From Octopus sinensis (Eukaryota): DNA of 64,000 nucleotides. Under the pieces are notes generated by a model, which was not told where the DNA came from, did not search any database, and saw nothing but the letters and a program-made list of their open reading frames with translations. Location of the stretch: positions 191,518,001 to 191,582,000 of the forward strand of contig NC_042998.1 of assembly GCF_006345805.1 (NCBI RefSeq), given 5' to 3'. Within the stretch, counting starts at the first letter, position 1. Each line of letters opens with the position of its first letter. This document shows positions 26,883 through 40,116 of the stretch, one piece after another. The translations under genes and the position numbers were made by a program.

Positions 26883-27707
26883 GATATGCATATATATATA
26901 TATATGTATGTATGTATATGTATGTATATATAGACACACACATAAGCATACTTACGTACACTTCACATTTTATTTTTATTTTAGCCTACGTCAAAAGCTT
27001 AGTTTGTTACTCAAATTAAATAAAAAAAACAATAGTTATGCGCATTAATCTAATTAACCAGATGTTTTAGTAGGGTTTATATTTCTTTTTTTTACTTTAT
27101 GTAGGAGTAATTATCATTGCATTGATTAGAAAAAATTCGTAGAAGTTCGCGATGAATTTCCATACCAATATTTGTTGTTGACCTAATATTGAAGCAATTA
27201 CATTGTCAATGTGATTAATCAAGTGAATTTGTAACAAGATGTACACTACGAAAACATAATTAAATTTCGTTCTCTTCATTTGAATGTAGCAGTAACTAAC
27301 ATGTTACAATACTTATGACAAGTGAGTACAAATGTCAGATTTTAATTCATTTAGGTGATATGAGCAAAGATTTTCATGTCATAGAGTATTACGTGTAATT
27401 GAATTTTATGATGGTTTTTTTATGAACTTGTGACGAATTAATTATATTGTATCAAATCATAAACAGATAAATTATAAAGCTAATGAAATATGTTAGTATT
27501 TACATATTATATGTATATATACTTAAGTGGGTGTGGCACATTCGCACCCATAAGAAAGGCAATTACTGTGTTTTGTCATGGAGACAATTGCTCGCTGTTG
27601 ACAAACGATGTAAATACACGAACATCAGCTCGAAGTACCATCTCCCCAGACTGTGAGATGCAAGCATTCCGGAGTGGTTATCTCCTTTTCAATCACAGAA
27701 AGTGGAC

Positions 27708-27738
<31 letters not shown>

Positions 27739-27851
27739 TTATGTATGTATGTATGTATGTATGTATGTATGTATGTATGTATGTATGCATGTATGTATGT
27801 ATGTATGTACGTACGTATGTATGTATGTTTGTATGCATGTATCTATGTATG

Positions 27852-27882
<31 letters not shown>

Positions 27883-27968
27883 ATATGTATGTATTTATGT
27901 ATGTATGTATTGTTTATGTATGTATGTATGAATTGTTTATGTATGTATGCATGTATGTAGGTATGTAT
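27708..27968. repeat. (TATG)n compound microsatellite
   Basis: Direct reading. Confidence 0.95.
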
Positions 27969-28239
27969 ACGATATTAAGTGAAGACATAAAGCTTTCTTT
28001 AACTTTACCAAAGGAATGGCCTTAATATGCTACAAAGAGATCTCTTTCAGAGGAAACGAACAGTTCTAACGTGTTTTCACTACTCATTTAGGAGACAGGT
28101 AATTGAACAAACCAACGGAGTTCTTTGCCACTTTACCTGTAATCAACGAGGCGATGATAATTCATTATTATCGACATTAAAGAGGATTGAATGCTGGCCA
28201 TAAGATGAAGTAGACGCAAACTGTCAAATCATGCAAATG

Positions 28240-28960
28240 AACCCTTGCAAAATCATTGCAGCTTTTTTTTTCAGCACTTCCTTTCAAGTGGAAAACTCCC
28301 AGGCAATTTGAAGGAGCAAATACTATGCCCTATCCATAAAGGAGGCAACAGAACAAATACTAAAAACTTTCTGGTATCATGCATCAGCAAAATCAGGAAA
28401 CAAATAATCTGCAGGAAAATAACTGGGTTTCTTGAAGAGAATCACCTGCTAACACACATCAAGGATGGTTTTCGGCCAGGTAGAAGCTTCCTGACACAAC
28501 TCTTACAGGTGCTCAACAACTCGAATGTGGGCGAGATATATATCGACTTTGCACAAACCTCTGATAAATTCGACCATGGTATGATACGTCACAAGGTGTG
28601 TAGCATAGTCGGAAAACTTGGAGACTGGCTACACGACTTTCTAAAAGATAGAAGTCAGACAGTGGTGGCGAATTGAGTCTACCTCAACGGAAACTGGTGG
28701 GCTGAGGACGATAACATGTTGATGCAATGCTGGAAAACTCCACGTTCAGCGCTGCCAGCCCACTAAGCTGAATAAAATGCAGACAAGATACACTATTATA
28801 AGAAAGTGTATCCTGAATCAAAGTCAGTCCGGTAACAAAGGCGAGAGAGACATGCAGTGATATACATCTGGAAAGACCTGGAAGGACTTGTACCAAACTT
28901 TGATATTGGAAGTTGCACAAAAAGCAGAACTGGACGCCACTGCACAGTGCCATTTACATA
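28240..28960 (+). mobile_element. CR1-type LINE relic: RT N-terminal part joined to the C-terminal region by an internal deletion
   Basis: CPIHKGGN..DGFRPGRSFLTQLL..IYIDFAQTSDKFDHG..GKLGDWLHDFLKDRSQTVVAN, then IYIWKDLEGLVPN. Confidence 0.85.
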
Positions 28961-29224
28961 TACAAATGACAGCATGTCGAAAGCTAATAAGTATAATATG
29001 GAAGCAGCTTTTAATCTAATACTCAGAGAAGAAAAAAGATATCAGACTTTACTGAGGGGTTCTGAGTGATCTCCAATTTATTGTTTAACTCTTGTTGCAT
29101 ATAATTATATATGGTGATGATGGTAATTTCTCGTAGCTCGAGAAAGATGGTTCTGTAATTTCTTATCGAACAAGCTGCAAAAATGATTGGTTTATAGTGA
29201 TCAAATGTTTATGGTGAACAATAA

Positions 29225-29500
29225 CTCACTCCCTCCATCTATCGACGTCGGTTGAACAACATGACAAGTGTTTTGCTTAAGAACACAACGCATCAACCTG
29301 TCCAGGATTCGAAACCTCGATGTCGTAATCGAGAGTGCAATACCCTAACCACATGACGACGCAGCTCCATAACCCACATACAAACACAAATATTATATAT
29401 GTATATCTGTGAATATACAAACATTAAAGACGGATGACCTAGTGGTTAGGATGTTGCACTCCCGATCACGAGGTTTCAAATCCCAGAGTGGTTGGTAATA
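29225..29500. mobile_element. Two degenerate SINE family C-like tRNA heads in divergent orientation
   Basis: Minus: cttaagaacacaacgc..ggattcgaaacc..ccctaaccac. Plus: tgacctagtggttaggatgttgcactc..tttcaaatccc. Confidence 0.55.
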
Positions 29501-29599
29501 ACTTAGATAGGTCTCGGCCAGTATAGGACCAGCCCATGTCTAACTTAATAGCAGCACCTGGTGAAGTCTTTTAGATCGTGATTCACACCTCAGTCGTGT

Positions 29600-30190
29600 A
29601 TGGGACACTGTTGCCCACTCTGACAAAGAGTTATTATTGTTGGAGACATATCCGAGTGTAGGAGGTCGGTCCGGGATTTTATGGAGATTTTGTCTAGAAA
29701 ACCATTGAATTTTATGGGATCACTTTCCATTTTGATGTGTTTGATGTATAAAGAGAACTGGACTGGTTGAGGAAAATTAGTTGTGTCGTAATGCTATGCG
29801 TCTTGAGTTCGAATTTTGTAGTGGGCGGATAGCACAGGGGCCAAGTCTTGGATGTATTTTTAAATTGATGCCAACATCATTTGTGCGATATTGATAGAAT
29901 ATCTTTTACATCACACAAATGATGTAGCGCTCACGGTGAAGTTGGAGAGAGTAGAGATTGTATCTTTTTTTAGTCCAACCCAATAGTCAGTGCCTGTTAT
30001 GCCGTCTGTCTTTCTTGTTCTTGACCTCTGGAGTGCTTCCACTTTCATAATGAATTGCTTCCTGTGGGGAGACCACGAACAAATTACTTCGTCTCCTGTT
30101 GCTCTGCGATCACTTTGACCTCTGATGTGTGGCCCACTACGTACTTGTACAGGCACTGTCAATATGATGCTAGGTGCAGTGCAGATATTC
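29600..30190 (-). mobile_element. CR1-type LINE 3' coding relic
   Basis: Minus strand reads WSPHRKQFIMKVEALQR..DYW..LKK..ERYII..NDVGI..HPRLG..IPDRP across frameshifts. Confidence 0.7.
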
Positions 30191-30809
30191 GATTCCTATA
30201 AACAAGTTATTTATGCACATTGGTGTGAAAGAAATTGTTGAGTAGTCGTTCTTGCGCCGAGAGACTACTACTGTGTGTGTGTATATGTATATATACATAC
30301 ATACATATATATATACATATATACATATATATATATACATATATATACACACAGACATATATATATACATATATATACACACACATATATATATATATAT
30401 ATGTATAGTGTGTGTGTATATATATATATAGTGTGTGTATATATATATTATATATATCTGTATGTATATATATATATATATATACAGATGTATATACACT
30501 ACATACGGAAGAGATGCGTTTCACGCAGTTCCTTTGAGTGAACACACAGAGAGATGTGCAGGTAATATCTAATAAAACTTCACAGTTTTCCCTATCTAAA
30601 GTCCAAAGAATCAATTCACCAACTCCTATACACAACATGGACTAAAATCTTATTAAGAAAATACTAAATTACAATAATTTTAATGTTATGATTAACGAAA
30701 GCGAAACCGTCCGACAAACACAATATTCTTTCACTTCTGAAATATATTAAAAATGCTATGTAAATTATGTCAATTGTGCGCATTTTTCTTCCTTTATAGA
30801 TACATATTT

Positions 30810-31430
30810 CTGCTGTTTACGGCAGTTCTTGGCAGGAAGGTGTGTAGTGTGCGATCGTCATATTCACCATGATGGAGAAAGTTGAGCAGAAAATCTGCAT
30901 CAAATTTTTCCAAAGGCTTGGCGATACCTGTTCAGAGGCCTACGCAAAGTTTTCAAAAAGTTTTCATTGTTCTCGACACAATCAAAGAGATCTTGTGCAA
31001 CTGAAACCCGTGTGTCTTTTTGGTTAGCAGAAAGTAATAGTAATTACCACATAGTTGGCAGACACTCGTCTCACGCATAAACCTTCAGTGATCATGGATT
31101 GAACTAAACCGTAACTAATCTGCACATCCTCTGATAACTCATGGATGGTGATTCGACAATTTCCCCTCACAGCTGCACGCGCATCTGCGATGTTTTTCTC
31201 AGTCCTGCTGGTTGCGGGTCGGCCAGCACGCTCTTCAATATCGAAATTTTTTGGGCCATCTTGGAAACGTTTGAACCACTCTGTGCGGCTCATACACTCA
31301 TCCCCATACATTTTCTGCCACTTTGCGTTGGCCTTTAAGCAGTTACCGCCATGACGACATTCTCTGTCATGGTTAATGCGACGATTACACGCTACACACC
31401 TTTATTCCAAGCACTGCTGTAAACAGCGTA
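30810..31430. mobile_element. Two diverged mariner 5' ends in convergent orientation (30810-30960 plus; 31040-31430 minus)
   Basis: Plus: MEKVEQKICIKFFQRLG. Minus: MYGDECMSRTEWFKRFQDG..GRPATSRT..RITIHELSEDVQISYG..RRVSA. Both share the leader ctgtttac(g/a)gcagt(t/g)cttgg..aaggtgtgtag..accatga. Confidence 0.8.
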
Positions 31431-31748
31431 AGTGAGCTAGAACGTTAAGACTTACTGCTGTCATAAATAACAGTTCAAAGTGTTTGAAATCTGAGGCTGT
31501 GTATTTAATAGAAAGCTCCCAGCAAGGCTGTGTGTATAGAAATTACTATTACTTACCATAAATCCTTTACTTTGGGGGTTTATTGTAACATCTAATATCT
31601 TCGAAATGGAACTTACCTAGTAAGAAAAAAGATATAGATCAGTATTTTTCATGCAAAATAGAGAACTAAATGGAAATTATATTTGTATAGATCTGACATA
31701 GAACATGGGCAACTTTTCAATTCATACAAAAACAGTAGTTGTAATAAT

Positions 31749-32152
31749 TATTTCTACAATAGGCATCAGGCCTTTGGAATTTGGGGGAAGGGGATAAGTC
31801 GATTATATCAACCCCGGTCCATAACTGGTACTTTTTCATCAACACCGAAATGATGAAAGGCAAAGTCGTCCTCGGCGGAATTTGAACTCAGAACGTAATA
31901 GCAGATGAAATACCTATTTCTTTACTGCCCACAAGGGGCTACATACAGAGGAGACAAACAAGGACAGACAAACGGATTAAGTCGATTATATCGACCCCAG
32001 TGCGTGACTGGTACTTATTTAATCGACCCCGAAAGGATGAAAGGCAAAGTCGACCTCGGCGGAATTTGAACTCAGAACGTAGCGGCAGACAAAATACCGC
32101 TAGGCCTTTCGCCCGGTGTGCTAACATTTCTGCCATCTCGCCGCCTTAACAC
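31749..32152 (-). mobile_element. SINE family B dimer, head-(body-tail)2, with 13-bp TSD
   Basis: TSD tagttgtaataat at 31736-31748 and 32153-32165. Internal junction gaaatacc|tatttc at 31914/31915. Confidence 0.9.
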
Positions 32153-33649
32153 TAGTTGTAATAATCATATGGCAAACATGTAATACGTATGTTCCCCCTC
32201 TGAGTAGTATATAGTACGCAATATATCCCTTCTGCAAGGCATATCTCAATTAGTGCAGTTCAAAATATAAGATTTAGAAATGTGTTAACTGAGTAAGTAA
32301 GGATTTGCGTAAATGGTATATTTCCTATTATATATCAGCAGATCTGAATGGTGTGTATTAAATGCTTTCAAAATACCATTATTCCGTTTGATTTCATTAT
32401 TACACATTATACGACTTGATACTCATAGAAAATAGGCTGTCCTGAGACTACTTACGCGGAAACTCTAATAAGGAATTTTAGCTATTTTAGTAAAATTCTA
32501 GTAACAGGCATCGCTTTTAAGCATAACAGGAAATATATACAAAGGGGTGCTCAAGACAATACAGAAGGGTTAGTTAATTAAGACTATGATGGATGTCCTA
32601 CACGCAATCATGGGAACATTTTCTCAGTCACTCTCTACTAGAAACAGGAACTAGATCTCCATTATATCAATCACAGTAAGGTTGAAAAATTAGGCGTATG
32701 GGACATTGCAGGTCGATAACACAGAGAAATTTTCCAAACAACGATAACATTTACCGTATATCGGCTGGATCAAGTATAAGCTGGGTCTATAAAGCAACAG
32801 CTAAAGGAGTCTGTATACAATAGGTGGATCTAATAACCAACTAGAAGTAGTCACCAAAGCTCCGTCAAATTACACTTTGCTGCAAACAGAAAGGAAGGAA
32901 GCAGTTGTCGATGTAGGCCTTGCTTACAAAATAGACTAATGGGCACCGCTGCGGGCTTATCCTAATAGGCCTGATGTCTCAGAGATGATCTGTGGCCAAG
33001 CAACAATCATGCTTTCCAGGCAACGAAGAATTCTCTACATCAATATTTCGTAAATCTTTCTCTGTCGTTACCTCCGTTGGCTTTATGTATCTCGCCATTT
33101 AACACCTTTCTCAATGCGAAAAAATATATAGTTAAAATCGCTATATGTACAAATTTCTAAGTTACCCCCACAATCTTCGAGTCAGATTGTCACTACTAAT
33201 GACTTCATATCTTCATAAGAATAAGGTAGAGTCTACTGAAAGATTCAATTCCAAACCAATTAGTTTATAGTAGGGTAACCTGTGGAGTAGATCCATTTGC
33301 ATTGCATTTACTTGGAAGACTCGAAAACGGCGTTTAATTTAATCAATCTTTATATAACGTACACACGTGTGATTGCAATGTTATACTATATACTCCTAGT
33401 TAGAAGTGACAAAATAGACGTCTTCATTCTCTTTATGTTCATCTCGTCTATTTAGGTAAGTAATTGGAATTCCGTTTCGTTATCTCCTTTCGGTTTTTAG
33501 ACGCGCAATTTGAGAAATACTTGGCTGTTGTTTATAGTTTTTTCATTGGCTTGAGGTTGTTTTTGTATTTAATTGTCTTAAAAATTACAAAATAAAGAAC
33601 GATCTCCTTGATTGTTGTCTATAAATGTCTTACGCCAGAAGGAACAGCA

Positions 33650-34041
33650 AATACTCTTTTCGAATCTACGAAATTTTGGCGGAGGGGTCCAGTCGATTAG
33701 ATCGACGCTAGTACGCAAATAGTACTTAATTTATCGACCCCGAAAGGATGGAAGGCAAAGTCGACCCCAACAGAATTTAAACTCAAAACGAAAAGACAGA
33801 CGAAATACCCATTTCTTTACTACCCACGAGGGGCTAGACACAGAGAGGACAAACAAGGATAGACCAATGGATTAAGTCGTTTTATCGACTCCAGTACGCA
33901 ACTGGTACTTAATTTATCGACCCCAAGAACATAAAAGGCAAAGTCGACGTCGGCGGAATTTGAACTCAGAACGTAAAGCCAGACGAGATACAGCTAAGCA
34001 TTTCGCCCGGCATGCTAACGTTTCTGCCAGCTCGCCACCTT
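33650..34041 (-). mobile_element. SINE family B dimer
   Basis: Internal junction gaaatacc|catttc at 33809/33810. No TSD found. Confidence 0.85.
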
Positions 34042-35805
34042 AGTAAGAGCACATATTTAAAAAGAATTAGCCATTTGGCCAACCCGTGCGTAAATGTCTA
34101 AGAACTTAACGCATCGAATTTTAAGTCTCAGTTTTCCTAGAGGTATCAAGTTAAATCAAAGAAATGTGGAATACATGAAGTTGCAGACAACACGTTAACC
34201 CTAAAGTTAATCTATAATGGAATCCTTAAATGTGTATTAGTTATAGAAACAAACGTGTAAATATATACTCCTCTGTAATGCCCATTGCTAATATTGTAAA
34301 CTAGAAAAAAAAAGAGAGAAGAAAAAATATATATATACACGAAAGGAGTAAACAAAAAAACACGTTCTTCATCACAGACTTTCTCCTTCCATATGACTAC
34401 CATGTTATACCAGTTTTAAAGAGGTTTTTAATTAACGCTGTTCTTAAAGCAAGGAATTCGGTTCGAAAGTAATAACGTATCCGCGGCAAGGAAAAAAAAA
34501 TGAAAACATCATAAGGCTGCTCTGCGATCAAAAATTAATTAAATCATATCAGCAAATATTTTATTCACATTTTCTCTGTGATGTTTGGTTATTGATGTAT
34601 TGTGGAAATTAATTCTCAAGATCGAACGAATCCTCAGCGTTGAAATTACTCAAAACGCTTGTTAAAGAGATGCAAAAGCCTTCGTCTGTTCTTCCTCTGA
34701 AGAGAACTGAAGAAACGCATCAATGAAGGGGAGATAATTCTTTTCTGTTTACATTACCCCTTCACCTGTATGAAGATTATTACGGATTAAAAGCTTTATG
34801 CTCATAGACACAACGTATGTATGTGTGTGTGTGTCCCTATGAATGTGCTTGAATTTCTGTGCAACATTTTAAAAGTGCATTCGTGTCTGTGTATGCAAGA
34901 GAGTGTATGTACGTGTATGTGTATGCGCGCGTGTGTATGTGTGTATGTGTGTACGCATGCACCGCCTGTACACGTCATAGTGCTATAGTTAGTGCAATTG
35001 TGTCTGTGTGTATGCTTGTCTTTGTTTTAATATTTACACGATGCCTCCTCTATGCTTCTGTGTACGTGTGTGTGTGTGTATGCCTGTGTATGAATGTATA
35101 CACGCGCTATTTAACGCTAACATCCTCTCCTATCGATCTTTTTGTGTTTTAATTTTTCCCCACCGTGCCTACGTACATTCATAGTATGCATTGGTTTAGA
35201 AATCTGCTACGATACTACATAAAACCTCAGCCGAACTGTGCAACACATCAGGTGAGATTTTCGCGGGGAAAAGAAGAGTAAACAGCTATAACTCAAATAG
35301 CGTTTACTCTGGCTTTTACTGTGTTCATGTGAAATATATGACATCATGTTTCCGGTTGTGATGTCATTGGGAGCTGGTTGCCAGGCGAACCGTTTCCTTC
35401 CATGGTTCAACTATCGAAATCATGAGAAAACGATGCTTAATAGATGATAGATTCTTTATTCCCTCTCTACATAAAATATACTGAGTTCTCAAACACTGTT
35501 TATATTATACATACTTTATAGAGAGAGGCATATGTTGTATACACACAGGAAAGTGTAGAGTGTATAAGATGATGCCAAAAAATTTAGTATATAGATGAGA
35601 TTCCCGAAGTAAACATGCATTCACTGAAGTATGCATACGTGATGCATGCATGTATCTATCTATCTATATATGTGTATGTATGCATATACATATGTGTGTG
35701 AATGGTGCTTTCTCTCACTCTCTTTCTCTCTACATACGCATATATATCCATATATATAAATGTATATATATCTACATGCATATATTTATTTGTATATACG
35801 TACAT

Positions 35806-35842
<37 letters not shown>

Positions 35843-35875
35843 GCATATAGATATAAATATGTATATGTATATTCC

Positions 35876-35995
<120 letters not shown>

Positions 35996-36241
35996 GCATA
36001 TAGATATAAATATGTATATGTATATATTCCTATAAATCTATGTGCATATATATGTATATATATATGTTTTCGGTGCGAATAGCTTTTTATACGGCACCGT
36101 TTTTTTACAATCCTGTAAATAATAATAATGGTATTTTTATATAACCTTAATACTCAGGGCTTATATGCCCCTTTATTAGACTTTTCCTAAGTCATTGCAC
36201 GGTGATCGCCATAAGCTTTAAGCTTATATAAAACTACCATG

Positions 36242-36281
<40 letters not shown>

Positions 36282-36327
36282 TGCTAGCATGGAAAACGGA
36301 CGCTAAACGATGATGATGATGATGATG

Positions 36328-36359
<32 letters not shown>

Positions 36360-36537
36360 TATATATATTATATATATGCATGTATTTATACAGACACGCG
36401 CGAACACACGCGCACACAAAGGCATAAACATGCATGGATATAAATTGTGCATAGAAGATATCGAGAAATAGACGCTACAAGCATTAATTTGCAGCTATAT
36501 ATCCTTGTATGTACATATATATATATTATATATATTA

Positions 36538-36605
<68 letters not shown>

Positions 36606-36609
36606 TATA

Positions 36610-36686
<77 letters not shown>

Positions 36687-37206
36687 TCTTTACTACCCAC
36701 AAAGGGCTAAACATAGAGGGGACAAACAAGGACAGACAAACGGATTAAGTCGATTACATCGACCCCAGTCATATATATATATATGATAATGATAGTTAAT
36801 ATTAACTCCGAGTTCCTCATTCATATGAATATTCCTGGAGTGAAGGGAAACTAAATTCGTTCATATCATCCCCAGAAATACTGTATCGAACGAATATACT
36901 GAATATAGATGTAGGGTATTACTCGCTTTATAAAAATCATTATACTCCACATTTATTGACTCACGTTTTCTCGTTTGTGAAACAAACATATTCATACACA
37001 CACCGCTCTTCATACACACACCGCTCCTCTTATACACACGTGTACACACACACACTTTATGTAGCTGGGTGTATGTATGTACTGTATGGTTAATTTTGGC
37101 CTGGTGGTTAAAAAGATTGCTCTGTTAATGCAATGTTACGAGTTCGATCCCGCAGGGTTTTGCTGGCCTTATAATTTTCGTTATTTTTCTTTTTTTTTAT
37201 TTGTAG

Positions 37207-37344
37207 ACTCCATTTGTATAAATAGGCAGACGAAGGCTGTATACAAGCTAGTCGGTCCTCTGGCATCTGTAATTCATAGGCCCCTTCTTGTAGCACACAA
37301 TGTCTTACGAATCCTTCCCGTGGATTGCATCATGTGTAGACTGT
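37207..37344 (+). other. Candidate 138-nt exon of an unidentified host transcript
   Basis: Acceptor tttttctttttttttatttgtag, donor gtaagt (37345-37350), length divisible by 3. One frame is fully open (SICINRQTKAVYKLVGPLASVIHRPLLVAHNVLRILPVDCIMCRL). No homology recognised. Confidence 0.3.
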
Positions 37345-37879
37345 GTAAGTAAAATTCTCAGTTACTTACGCTATAATTCCAAGAACAGGCTATTCACTTA
37401 CTTAAACAATTAGATTATTAATTGTATCGTTCCACTTACTATTAAGCTTTATGCTGTAAGATTATTAGTTTTACAAGGAAAAATATTGAGCATATACAGA
37501 AGACAAACTATAGTCTTACGATAACTAACATATTGGTAGCCCATGTTTCTGCAAAAGACAAGTTACAGAATTGGTAAAGTAATAAACCAAACGTCAGAAT
37601 TCAGTTTTTTTATATCATGGTAAATGTTTCTCAAAATCGAACCTCGATAAGAAATTCTGCGTGATCGCCCAGCCTGCTAGCTAACGAATCTCTTGCAAAT
37701 GACGCTTTTACCGACTTCAGAAAATAAAGGGCATATTGGATAATAATATTCAATATGTCAGTATTTACAAATGGCATAGTCACAGCTAGATAACCTAGGT
37801 AGAACATAAATAGAAAATAAAAAAAACAAAACAACATATTTTCCAAAATATAAACTGTGTATCATTATTGGCATAATCA

Positions 37880-38045
37880 TTAGAGCGTGCTCTTTACATT
37901 CTGAGTTCAAATATCGCTGAGATCAACTTTGCCTTTCATCCTTTCGAGGTCGATAAAATAAAGTACCAGTTAAGTACTGGAGTCGATGTAATCGAATAAC
38001 TCCTTCCCAATAAAACTGCCAACGTTATGCCAATATTTGAGACAC
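37880..38045 (+). mobile_element. SINE family B, 5'-truncated
   Basis: ttctgagttcaaat..tttgcctttcatcctttcgaggtcgataaaataaagtaccagtt. Confidence 0.85.
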
Positions 38046-38698
38046 ACGATTATTATTATTATTATTATCATTATTATTATTATATTATTATTATTATTAT
38101 TGGTAATCGTTAAATACTTCTCCAACTTCCTATTACTCACAACAAACCCTGCCAATTAACTAGCCAGTTGCAACATTACGCACTGGGTAGAATTCTATGT
38201 ATATTCCAGACTGCTGGAATCTAAGATATTGATTCGTTATTCATGCTTCCTGTATAGCCTGCACCAGTGCCCTATTCAGACCTTAGTAGCTTGCTATATA
38301 TAGGTTCCGCTGGAGAACTCTTGCTTGTTGCAGCCAATATCTTCTGACCTAGATTTTGCAGATCATTGTTTTCAATAATTCTTCTTGGAAGATTGAACAT
38401 CTAATCTCTAAACTAATGCAGTTTTAATGTCGACAGTTTCTTTTTGATGAAACATTCGCTTGGTGTTGCTTGTGCAGAGATGTGGTGTACTTTTAAAAAT
38501 TTACACACGGTTTCTGAATGAAAATTTCTTTCATTTTGTCTGACATATCAGTATGTTTCATCTTCAATCGCTTGCAGTCATGCGTTTCGACTTCAGTCCA
38601 TATGTGCGGCACCTCGAGTGCGTGCCTTATACTATAGCCCCGTTCCGATCAATGCCTTGCCAGTAAAATTGATAGACAGAACATGTATGGAAGCTCGT

Positions 38699-38737
<39 letters not shown>

Positions 38738-38808
38738 TATATATATATGAATAACATGAATAAAAATATACACTGTTGGCAAAGGTCAGCCAACAGTAAA
38801 TCAAAATA

Positions 38809-38839
<31 letters not shown>

Positions 38840-39345
38840 CTAGCAGCATAGCCCGGCATTGCCCGGGTATGTAAGAGCCCCTGGAGCAGACATGATGCTC
38901 GCTGTGAATTTTAAAAAAATTCCTGCCAATTTGTGAAAGATATTGTCGAAAATATGTCATCTTGAATTTGAACGCGATTTCCCAAAATGGCATGATTTTA
39001 TCGATTTTTTCTGATGGTAAGGTATTGCATGGAAAACTAATGTCAGAATTAAGTTTCTTAGGGTAACATTAAGCTTCACCATGAGTTTGGTCAAAATCGA
39101 TTGCAAGTTCCGAAAACTACAACAGAAAATGTGTTGCAAATAAAAAGCTTAGATTCTCGACCCCATGTCGAATTTATCAATTTTTTTCAGAACTGGGGGA
39201 ACTTTTCAAAATTTTCGCTGCGTTAGTTTTGAATTATGACATTGGGCTATGTGTGTGTCAAGTTTCATCAGAATCGGTTGAAAGCCGTGGTCAGGGTGAG
39301 GGTACAACCTGACAGACACACAGACACACAGACAGACAAACTGCC

Positions 39346-39350
<5 letters not shown>
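38840..39350 (-). mobile_element. Non-autonomous Helitron (~0.5 kb) in (TA)n
   Basis: Minus-strand 3' end cccgggcaatgccggg + ctatgctg + CTAG (38840-38843). 5' end tatataaaacggcagtttgtctgtctgtgtg. Confidence 0.8.
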
Positions 39351-39379
<29 letters not shown>

Positions 39380-39381
39380 AT

Positions 39382-39536
39382 ATATTAATAGTTATAGCCA
39401 AGCTAATATGGCAGTTCATAGATATAGTACGAAAGCTGCTGTTGATAAGCTCCAAGATGCTCTTGGATCTCATCAACGGCAGCTTTCGTTCTATATTTAT
39501 GGACTGCCATATTAGCTTGGCGATAACTGTTAATAT
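39382..39536. repeat. 155-nt hairpin: 75-nt arms, 5-nt loop, 8 mismatches
   Basis: Arms 39382-39456 and 39462-39536 aligned by hand. Confidence 0.95.
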
Positions 39537-40116
39537 CCAGTACCGCTGCCGTCGTCTCCTTTAGAGAAACTTAGAAATAATAATATTTCTATTTATAAAT
39601 ATATATATATATAAGAGAAAAGGTAAGTTCAAAGAGAACAATTCAAACTTTTTGGGGGATCAGACAAAAAGAGAGAAAAGGGGATTTCTAATAAGGATTC
39701 ATCATATTCATAAAAATCAGCCAAAACAGGTAATAAGAATATGAAAATGATATTTGAGGAGATTCGTTATGGGTATAAGAATATACCAGAAATAATTATA
39801 AAAAATGGAGAAAAGATTTTAAACAGAAATAGATTTATTATAAAACTGGATTTAATGCAGTTTCTGGTATATTCTTATAACTATAACGAATCTCCTCAAA
39901 TATATATGTATATATATATTTATATGCGCGTGTGTGTGTGTGTGTTTATGTGCTTGTGTCTCTCCTTTGCTCTCAAAAGAACGATATCACAAGTGCCATA
40001 CTTAAAAATAGGTGCCGGGGTTGATTCGTGCGATTAAACCTATGAAGGCTCTGCTCTAGCATGGCCACAGCACAATAACCGTAACAAGTAATAAATGAAA
40101 GATTAAAGGCTCTTCT

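Noticed and set aside
29430-29500. tRNA-like sequences here and at 37090-37165 and 56045-56110 as tRNA genes
   Set aside because: A/B boxes are present but the cloverleaf stems are broken; they are SINE-type heads.
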